Source of the DNA: Vampirovibrionaceae bacterium NZW_1234
Lineage (GTDB): Bacteria; Cyanobacteriota; Vampirovibrionia; Vampirovibrionales; JAGQHJ01
NCBI GenBank assembly: GCA_041697335.1
Contig: JBGUGD010000002.1
Coordinates: forward strand, 1-64,000
Direction: 5' to 3'
DNA: 64,000 nt
Of the stretch, positions 53,785-61,433 are shown piece after piece; within the stretch, counting starts at the first letter, position 1; the number at the start of each line of letters is the position of its first letter. The translations under genes and the position numbers were made by a program. The notes under the pieces are model-generated. The model was given only the letters and a program-made list of their open reading frames with translations, was not told the origin of the DNA and did no database searches.

Positions 53785-54003
53785 ATGTTTATGCCTGTTT
53801 CTTTTCCATTGTTTTTAGGTTCGCCGATGGAAGTTGGTTTGGTTTTTCTTGTGGTGCTGATTCTGTTCGGCCCGGGTAAGTTGCCGGAAGTCTTCCGCTC
53901 CTTGGGTGAAGGGGTTCGCAAGTTTAAAGAAGCCTCCAACGGTAATCTGGAAACCACCCCGACAGTACCGACCCTGCCTCGTTCAGACGAGCCGAAGGCG
54001 TAG
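53785..54003 (+). CDS. tatA: twin-arginine translocase TatA/TatE
   Basis: LILFGPGKLPE..RSLGEG.RKFK. Confidence 0.93.
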   Translation: MFMPVSFPLFLGSPMEVGLVFLVVLILFGPGKLPEVFRSLGEGVRKFKEASNGNLETTPTVPTLPRSDEPKA

Positions 54004-54008
54004 GGGTT

Positions 54009-54833
54009 TTGATGAGTTCGGCTCATCGCTTTTGTTTTGCTTTGGCGCTGCTGGCACTGATTCTGGGTGGAATGCCCGTGTCCCTGAGTGCGGCAGAACC
54101 CGTCGGTCAGTCTGCTCCGGCACCGAGACCCGAAGTGGGTGTTTCTATTGAGGAGTCTGGCTCGAATCCTCAGTTGGGGGCCTACTATGAGCAATTCGCT
54201 GCTGAAGTGCGTCGACGCTGGCAGATTCCCACGGGCAATGTGCCTCTGCGGCTTCGGTTGCAAGGGTATGTGACGCACTTGGGGGAAGCTCAAAATGTTG
54301 AAGTCGTGGAGACTACAGGCGTCCCGGTTGTAGATAAAGCTGCCATTAGAGCTTTTGAGCAAGCCGCTTCGGTGAGGCCCCTGCCCTCGGCTTTTGCGGG
54401 TGACCGGCAGTTCATACGTCTGACGATGGTTACCTCGCCGTCGGACGTGGATACGGCTAAGCCGGTTAAAGCCGTCAATTTTGATCCGTTCCTGGCCGAC
54501 TTGAACAAGCGGGTGTAAAAACACTGGTTTCCCCAAGCCCGGCCCAACCAGCGGAAAAAGGGTGTCTTCAAGCTGACGGTCGGGCATGACGGGACCTTGA
54601 AACAGGTTCAGGTGGAAGAGTCCTTTGGTTCTGAAGAGGCCGATGCCGAGGCCATGGCCGCCTTCAAGAAGGCCTCGCCCTACAGTCCCTTGCCCAGTGA
54701 GTATACTGCCGAGAACCTGACCATTGATTTTGAACTCAGCTATGATATCAACTCCAAAGTGATGGATGACAAACCCCGAAAATCCACCGCTAAACGCCCT
54801 CCAGCCCGGAAGGGTGGGCGGGGGAAGCGGTAG
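54009..54833 (+). pseudogene. double TonB C-terminal domain protein interrupted by in-frame TAA at 54516-54518
   Basis: ...FLADLNKRV*KHWFPQ...FKLTVGHDGTLKQVQVEES...ASPYSPLP continues in frame as a second TonB_C domain. Confidence 0.8.
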
Positions 54834-54835
54834 GG

Positions 54836-55060
54836 CGCGATTTTTTTTGGGCTGATTTTCCGCGTTTTTCCGCTTTTTTACGCGTGGGGTTTTGGGGTTA
54901 AACTCAGGTGGGGACTTGGTTTTGGGTGGTTTTTACGGGAAGCCGAAACACGCGGTTTTTGCGCGTGTTTTTGGCCGATTCACGCGCGTTTCACGCGGGA
55001 TTTCGCGTGATTTTGCGGATTTACGCGTCAAACACGCGTGAATCACGCGCCATTTACGCG
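54836..55060. repeat. helically phased CGCG cores alternating with T/A tracts, containing a 21-bp imperfect inverted repeat
   Basis: CGCG at 54951, 54962, 54983, 54994, 55004, 55024, 55035, 55046, 55057; arms 54977-54997 and 55024-55044. Confidence 0.8.
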
Positions 55061-55594
55061 TGGGGGTGGCTTGGATTGTAAAACTTGGTTTCATATGACG
55101 TTGTAAGTTGAGGGTAATGGATATAAATATTATATACCAAAAAGGCGAAAATCTTCTGGCTCTTAGGAAATTCTTAATAATCCGTGTGGAAATCCTTTCT
55201 GGGACTGGGGAATTTCTTTTATATGGTGATGTTGACTTTTCCTGGAGAGGATGTTCGGAATATCGTCTTCGAATGCCCGAGGCATAAAAAAACCTCCCGG
55301 TTGGGGGAGGTGGTTTGAACCCAAGTAATTTTGGGTTTGATAAAACCAGTATCGACCGGTTTTTTGAAAACTTTAGGGCCAAGGCCGATTTTTTTGAAAA
55401 GCCGGAAAAAATAGACCAAAAGGGCTTGGATAATCGGATGATTTCGGAAAAGCCATCATGGATATTCCAAAGTGAAAGGAGGCTGGAGGGCAGTGAATGA
55501 ACTTCTATTCAGAGTTGAATGACTGGGTGAATGGTGGACGTGGGCGTGGGTTTTTGCTAATGATAGGGGAGAAAGAGACGAATGGAGAAAGCAT

Positions 55595-56107
55595 ATGACC
55601 ACGACAGCGGGCGTCACCATTTTAGAACTGACCGGCCATATTATTGATTCCCTGACCCTGGCCAAGGTCATCGACAAAATCCAGGCGGCTGGGTTTGATT
55701 ATCAAATCAACGACATTCAGATCGGCCAATATAAAACCGATCCCTCTACAGTCCACTTTTCCCTGTGGACCCAGGACAATCCCGAGTTTGAAGCCTTGCT
55801 CGACGAATTAAGAGCCTATGGGGCTGAATCGGTTTCGGAAACCAATGTGTCACTCGCCCCATGTCCTGCTGATGGTGTGCTTCCCAAAGGCGCCTATACC
55901 CGCAAAAACCCGCCGATTCAGATTCAATGCATGAACGAGTGGCTGTCCGTGGAAAGCCAAGCCGGTGAGTTGGCCATTGTGGTTGATACCGCAAGTAAAA
56001 GTGCGTTGCTGAAAAACGTGCAAGACATTAAAGCCGGTGACTCTGTTGTGGTGGGTCATGCCGGGGTTCGGGTCATGCCGATGCTGAAGGCAGGCGCCCA
56101 TGTCTAA
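55595..56107 (+). CDS. LOR/SDH-type (TIGR00300 N-terminal / ArgZ middle) domain protein
   Basis: ELTGHIIDS..L.KV.D.I, PADGVLP, GD.VVVGHAGVRV. Confidence 0.75.
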   Translation: MTTTAGVTILELTGHIIDSLTLAKVIDKIQAAGFDYQINDIQIGQYKTDPSTVHFSLWTQDNPEFEALLDELRAYGAESVSETNVSLAPCPADGVLPKGAYTRKNPPIQIQCMNEWLSVESQAGELAIVVDTASKSALLKNVQDIKAGDSVVVGHAGVRVMPMLKAGAHV

Positions 56108-56954
56108 TCTGTCTCAGCAGTATTTTGTTCCGACCAGTCCGCTGAAGGATACCTCCCGGCCGCATATTCTGATGAGTCCGCCGGACTACTTTACCGTCGA
56201 ATACGCGATTAATCCGTGGATGACCCAGGGGGCTGCCGATACGGATTTGGCCAAGACCCAGTGGGAGGCCCTGTATAAGGCCATTACCGAAAAGGCCGGG
56301 GCTTCGGTTCATATTCTGGATCCGGTCCAGGGGCTTCCTGATTTGGTCTTTACCGCCAATGCCGCATTTGTCTACAAGGACACCGCCATTATTGCCCATT
56401 ACAAGTTCGCCGAGCGCCAGCCGGAAGAGCCCTTCTGCGAAGCCTGGTTCAAGAAAAACGGCTACCGGACCATCACCATGCCCGAAGACATGTTTTTTGA
56501 AGGGGCCGGCGATGCCCTCATCTGGCAGGATCGGGTGTTTGCCGGGTACAAGACCCGGACGGATATTTTATCGCATCACATGATTACCCGGGAAACCGGC
56601 CTGCCGGTCTTGTCCATGGAACTCATCGATCCGCGGTTCTATCACATTGACGTGTGCATCTGCCCCTTGTACAACGGCTACTTTATTTATTATCCCGATG
56701 CCTTTGACGATTACGGCAAACGCGTGATTGAAGCCAATGTGCCCGCAGACAAGCTGATTCCCGTGACCGGTGAAGAAGCTTACAAGTTTGCCTGCAATGC
56801 GGTGAACATTAACGACACTGTGATCTTTAACCAGGGCTCCGACCGCCTGGCTGGGGAGCTGACCGAGCGCGGCTTCCAGGTGATTCAGGTGGATCTGAGC
56901 GAGTTTTTAAAAGCCGGGGGCTCGTCCAAGTGCCTCACCCTTCGGGTGGCGTAA
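56100..56954 (+). CDS. amidinotransferase-fold enzyme (arginine dihydrolase/dimethylarginase-like)
   Basis: LMSPPDYF.V.Y.INPWM, PDLVFTAN, FEGAGD, FYHID, KAGGSSKCLTL. Confidence 0.9.
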   Translation: MSNLSQQYFVPTSPLKDTSRPHILMSPPDYFTVEYAINPWMTQGAADTDLAKTQWEALYKAITEKAGASVHILDPVQGLPDLVFTANAAFVYKDTAIIAHYKFAERQPEEPFCEAWFKKNGYRTITMPEDMFFEGAGDALIWQDRVFAGYKTRTDILSHHMITRETGLPVLSMELIDPRFYHIDVCICPLYNGYFIYYPDAFDDYGKRVIEANVPADKLIPVTGEEAYKFACNAVNINDTVIFNQGSDRLAGELTERGFQVIQVDLSEFLKAGGSSKCLTLRVA

Positions 56955-57237
56955 CCGCTTTTAGGTCATTCTAAACGCATTCTCTCTTCTTTTATAAAAG
57001 TCTTTCCGTCGGTTTTCCGCCGATGTCATCTGTGCTTTTGTCCGTTAAAACTGTCGTTTGGCGAAATGTCGGGTCGGCGACAAATTAATGTCGCGTCATA
57101 AACCGGTCTGTTTTTTATTTAGATTGTTTTTATATTTGTACAAAGGGTTATAAATCGGTTTCTCACTCACAACCCGCTAAAAACCCTCTGGGACAGTACT
57201 AGGACAGACAACGACATTTTGCTGGGAGGCTTTTGAT

Positions 57238-57885
57238 ATGACAACATCACGGATTGCCCCGATGGCTTCGGGGTTGGTTTGGAACGTACCTGTTCGTTCG
57301 GAAACCCTGAATGTGGTAGAAAATAATAATTTGCCTGTGGCGAATTTTGATTTTTCGAAACCGTATCAGGAATTTGGGACCGAGGATTTTCCTCTGGTGA
57401 CCAATGATGCTCCTCCAGGGACGATTACAAAATCCGGTTTTGCGGGTCCTGTAGCGTTGGCAAGTAATCCGGGTAGTGCTGCATCAGCACGTCGCTCGGA
57501 TGGTCCGGGTATTGAAAACGGTACCAAGATTGACTTGGGTAACTTCTGGCCGGATGATCTGAACTCCGTTCTGGCGAAACCGAAATTGGTGGTGGATTTA
57601 AAAGACGTCGGCAATATCGGAAATATGGTCACCAAGATTGGTATTAACGGCGATGTCCCAGGACAAGGGAACAAGACTTTCAACCTGTTGGAGTTCAAGG
57701 GTTTTAACTGGGGTCCGGAGTCTTTCCAGCGCAAGGCATTGGGTCTTGGCCTAGACATCGGCAAGGATGTATTAAGCCAGTTTTCTTCTCCAGGTAATGC
57801 GATTGATTTTATTAAAAATACAGTCAACAACCCACAGAAAGCACTGGTAGAAATGCTGCTTCGGGTTTCCAAACAGGAAGCATAG
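57238..57885 (+). CDS. hypothetical protein, paralog of 58069 gene
   Basis: GGGAGG RBS; shares ALASN, F.L.EF.G and KA..G..IG motifs with the next gene. Confidence 0.8.
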   Translation: MTTSRIAPMASGLVWNVPVRSETLNVVENNNLPVANFDFSKPYQEFGTEDFPLVTNDAPPGTITKSGFAGPVALASNPGSAASARRSDGPGIENGTKIDLGNFWPDDLNSVLAKPKLVVDLKDVGNIGNMVTKIGINGDVPGQGNKTFNLLEFKGFNWGPESFQRKALGLGLDIGKDVLSQFSSPGNAIDFIKNTVNNPQKALVEMLLRVSKQEA

Positions 57886-58068
57886 ATTTTTCATTCACAT
57901 CGCTTCTTCATTTCATCGCTCCTGCTGTTATTGACAACCTAATCCCCTAGAGTGGACCAAGGCTTTACCCTCAAAGCCTTGGTCCCCAATCAGGAACGCA
58001 TTGGCCGAAGCGGAATAAAAAAGAAAGCATGACGTTAGACAATCGATTAATGATTATTAGGAGGCATT

Positions 58069-58620
58069 ATGGCACTTTCATCTGTAGTATTGGACCCTAT
58101 TCGTAAGACAGGTATTTTTAACGCACCTGCGCCCACAATTCGCCCGTACTATGAAGTTCCCCTGGATAAGTACACCAAGGACAATGTCATTCTGGACAGT
58201 GTTATTAAAAACCCTTCAATCTTAGCGTTGGCATCCAACAATGGCTCTTGGGATCCGGATAAATTTTTTGGTCATGTGACGCTTGGGGCAGATATCGGTA
58301 CGCGCCTGACCGGCAGAGAACGTCAAGAATTCACATTGTTTGAATTCAGTGGTCTGACCGGCAATGGTTCTACCCGTCGAGATCCGGATACGGGCAGACT
58401 GTATCACGTTGATTCGCTGGAACAGAAAGCCGAAAAAATTGGTACGGCCATCGGGGTTGGCGTTGGAAAGACGGCTATGACAACGGCGACATCCCTTCCG
58501 ACGATTGCCAGTAACCCCGGCAGAATGAAAGAGATTCTGACCGGCGGCATTAACGGGGCTGTTGGCGATGTGATGGAAGCTATCGGTTTACCTCGCGGCC
58601 GATTTGGAATCGCCGGTTAA
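58069..58620 (+). CDS. hypothetical protein, paralog of 57238 gene
   Basis: AGGAGG RBS; shared motifs as above. Confidence 0.8.
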   Translation: MALSSVVLDPIRKTGIFNAPAPTIRPYYEVPLDKYTKDNVILDSVIKNPSILALASNNGSWDPDKFFGHVTLGADIGTRLTGRERQEFTLFEFSGLTGNGSTRRDPDTGRLYHVDSLEQKAEKIGTAIGVGVGKTAMTTATSLPTIASNPGRMKEILTGGINGAVGDVMEAIGLPRGRFGIAG

Positions 58621-58676
58621 TCGCATTCATCTGAGCGTTTCAATCGTAATTTAGAACAGACAGTGGAGGTTTTACT

Positions 58677-59408
58677 ATGACAAACATTCGTCCTGCAGAT
58701 AAAAGCGTTTACGTGGCGCCATCCGTTAACGGCTCGCTGATACCGAAGCCGCCTGTGGTTGCCACACCGGATAACCTGGTTTCCAATAATTTCAATAACA
58801 GTCAGGCATGTGATTTCTTATATCGAGTATTGATGCCATTGCCAAATATCGATTCGAACGCCGGTATCGTGGGTACCGTTGCAACCGTCTCCGGTCTGAG
58901 ATCGGTTTATTCAGCCGGTGCTGCCGTCGTGGATGGCGGGTCAAATCCTGACGCGAGAAATTCCGAAATTGTGGGAGATACCCTGGGTGCATTTAATCCA
59001 ATGGGGAAAGCCATTGCGGTCGTTGCCCTTGGTGGCGCCTATGGTTTAAGAGCCTTTCCGGGTATCACCGCAGATCCCAAAGGGACGACCAATGAGCTGG
59101 GTGGCAAGGTTTATCCCGGGAATCAGCCGGTTCAATCGGATTCAGCAAATGGAAAAGCGCTTCCACCGAAACCGGATGAAAAAGGAAGTGTCGTGCCAAA
59201 GCCGGCCCCAGAGCCCAAAAGTAAGTCAGCTTTGTTTGATAGTGCAGATCAAGGCGCTATGGCACCCAAACCGACAGAAAAAATTGTACTCGTAAAGCCG
59301 GTTGCATACGAAAATTCCACAATAGCACCCGGTGGTTCAAAGTATCTCGAAAAGGCCACGTCCTCCGATGATTATCGACGTGATGACAGACGTGTTGGTG
59401 CAAAGTAA
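58677..59408 (+). CDS. hypothetical protein with Gly/Ala/Val-rich hydrophobic core and Pro/Lys-rich tail
   Basis: GGAGG RBS; AGIVGTVATVSG...GKAIAVVALGGAYG. Confidence 0.8.
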   Translation: MTNIRPADKSVYVAPSVNGSLIPKPPVVATPDNLVSNNFNNSQACDFLYRVLMPLPNIDSNAGIVGTVATVSGLRSVYSAGAAVVDGGSNPDARNSEIVGDTLGAFNPMGKAIAVVALGGAYGLRAFPGITADPKGTTNELGGKVYPGNQPVQSDSANGKALPPKPDEKGSVVPKPAPEPKSKSALFDSADQGAMAPKPTEKIVLVKPVAYENSTIAPGGSKYLEKATSSDDYRRDDRRVGAK

Positions 59409-59431
59409 TCTGAGCGCAACCTGAGACAGGT

Positions 59432-59473
59432 ATACATCCTCCTTTGAGCAAAGCCGAAGGAGGATGTATTTTT
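59432..59473 (+). terminator. intrinsic terminator ending the three-gene cluster
   Basis: ATACATCCTCCTT...AAGGAGGATGTAT plus TTTT. Confidence 0.85.
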
Positions 59474-59637
59474 AGCGGAGTTAGTTGATTTATTGAGAAT
59501 GATACACGGCCTGTGCATGTGAAGAAATGAAACAGTTTACCTCTCGGTAGGTTGGCTTAAATTGCGGCTGGGAATAACGAGTGTGGAGACATGTAAAACC
59601 TGCTGCGACATATCAATCTGTTCAACAAAGACTGTGA

Positions 59638-60786
59638 GTGGACTCGATGATGGGGGCGATGATGATGAGAGAATTGGCGCGAGCATTTTTGTCCTGTTTC
59701 ACTAGAGTGACGCAAATCCGTCCCCCGGGGCAACGGGGGCAGGCGGTGATTCAGACCGTCGGGCTTTTGTTTGTAACCCTGTTTGTCGGTGCCTTGGCCA
59801 TTGACACGGGGTTTTATTTTGCACGACATCAAGGCATGCGAAATGCATCGGAGGCCGCCGCCCTGGCCGCGACTTCGGAATTGTTCCGGACACAGGCCTC
59901 AAGTATTAGTTTGCGGCAATCAGCGGCTCGAAATGCGGCACGGACCTTGTCTCAGCAGAATATGAACAACCAGCTCAATGACGCCGACATCGAGTTTGGG
60001 TATGTGAATCCACAAGGCTCTTATAACGCCAGCACGTTTCTGACGCCGACCTCTAACAAGGCCTTTGCTGCCACGGGTGGATACAATGCGGTTCGTGTTA
60101 CGGTGCGGGCCGCCCAAGGGCAGGCCAATAGCGCTGTTCCAACCTTGTTTGCCAAACTCTTTGGAATTAACAGCGTCAATGCCGCTGCCCGGACCGTGGC
60201 GATTTATGGTGGTGCGGCTTCCAGTGTGGGGGGCTTGCGCCCGGTTTATATGTGTCAGGCCGCCTGGGATTATGCCCAGAATAATTTTGGGGATGCAACG
60301 ATTCCCGTGGTTCGTTTTTATGGCGAGACCCTGATGGTGAACGGAAACACCGTGAATGCGGCAAACAGTTGCGGTAATCTGGGGCCCGGCAACTGGGGCT
60401 TGGCCGACCTGGACAATGGCAATGGGGCGGTCGGGGCAAGCACCGTCCGTAATTGGTTTGCCAATGGCTATGACGGTCAGGTCATTGTGGGACAATGGTA
60501 TGATGCTCAGCCCGGAAATTCCATCAATGCTTACAGTTCGGAATTAAGCGCTCTGCAAAATGCCGGAACCGTCATTACCATTCCACTTTACAGCCAGACC
60601 CGGGGCAATGGATCCAATGCCGAATACCGGGTGTCGAGCATTGCGGGATTTGTCATTACCAATTTTCAATCGACCGGCAGCAATCGCTTTATCGAAGGCT
60701 ATTTTCGCCGGGCGCTTTGCCATAATTGTACTCTGGGCAATCCACCCATCAGTGGCGCGTTGACCCGGATTCGGATGGTTAATTAG
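59638..60786 (+). CDS. TadG-like pilus assembly protein (Tad domain)
   Basis: RG|QAVI..VGLL....GALAIDTG......MRNASEAAALAA; VPTLFAKLFG; GNWG. Confidence 0.85.
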   Translation: MDSMMGAMMMRELARAFLSCFTRVTQIRPPGQRGQAVIQTVGLLFVTLFVGALAIDTGFYFARHQGMRNASEAAALAATSELFRTQASSISLRQSAARNAARTLSQQNMNNQLNDADIEFGYVNPQGSYNASTFLTPTSNKAFAATGGYNAVRVTVRAAQGQANSAVPTLFAKLFGINSVNAAARTVAIYGGAASSVGGLRPVYMCQAAWDYAQNNFGDATIPVVRFYGETLMVNGNTVNAANSCGNLGPGNWGLADLDNGNGAVGASTVRNWFANGYDGQVIVGQWYDAQPGNSINAYSSELSALQNAGTVITIPLYSQTRGNGSNAEYRVSSIAGFVITNFQSTGSNRFIEGYFRRALCHNCTLGNPPISGALTRIRMVN

Positions 60787-60793
60787 TTTATCT

Positions 60794-61420
60794 CTACCGG
60801 GTGTCGATGTCCCAGGCCACCTGCTCCAGGAAGCCTGAGCCCAGAAATACGCAGAATTTTTCACCCTTGGGCGTCAAGTCGAGGGTGGGGGTTTTTGACC
60901 AATGCCAGAATCCGGGTCGGCGGATCGTGATGAAACCCAGCGCCTCCAGATCCTGGAGCGCCCGTTGAAACCCGGTATCAGTCATGGTTTTCAGCGGGAC
61001 CGGATCCGCACCCAGTTCCGGACGTAGGTAGGGTGAGGTGTCTGAAAGCCGGTGGCGCAGATTGGGGGTGACGGGAATGGGGCTTTTGTTGAATTTCTGG
61101 ATTCGGGCCACATCCAGAACCGCCATGACCACCGGGAGCGAGACGCCCTCATGCTGGATCCGGGCCAGCTCTTTCAGGCGCTTAAAGGCGCTCATCAGGC
61201 TTTCGCCGGTCGGGAAGAAATGGCGCTGCTGATGGCGGGGCGCCGTTGGATCGTTGTGACGGGGTGAGAACGGATCGGCATGGTCCACGAGCTTGGGAAG
61301 TGTGCCGAATCGCATGGCGTGGGTTTTTACCGATTTCGACAGGTCCGATCCCAAAGCGGGGGACCCGGATATCGGCCTCAGGGGTGGGCGGGTTTGTAGG
61401 GCAAAGGGGGACAGTCGCAT
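60794..61420 (-). CDS. hypothetical protein with MRFG leader and C-terminal wHTH-like segment
   Basis: AAGGAG RBS; FQRALQDLEALGFI...LTPKG. Confidence 0.7.
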   Translation of the reverse strand: MRLSPFALQTRPPLRPISGSPALGSDLSKSVKTHAMRFGTLPKLVDHADPFSPRHNDPTAPRHQQRHFFPTGESLMSAFKRLKELARIQHEGVSLPVVMAVLDVARIQKFNKSPIPVTPNLRHRLSDTSPYLRPELGADPVPLKTMTDTGFQRALQDLEALGFITIRRPGFWHWSKTPTLDLTPKGEKFCVFLGSGFLEQVAWDIDTR

Positions 61421-61433
61421 CGGTCAGGTCTCC

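Noticed and set aside
50571..54587. 1338-aa minus-strand ORF
   Set aside because: Upstream of 51521 it is the in-register antisense shadow of plus-strand genes (51777, corA-like and TonB share the same codon register) and reads as non-protein-like. Only 50571..51521 looks like a real gene.
55085..55200. dif site, parS or DnaA-box cluster
   Set aside because: Only partial matches (e.g. TGTGGAAAT, GTTTCACGCGG); insufficient to call.
54933..55500. ORFs 54933..55382, 55219..55419 and 55315..55500
   Set aside because: Composition reflects the A/T tracts and CGCG repeats; no RBS or domain evidence.
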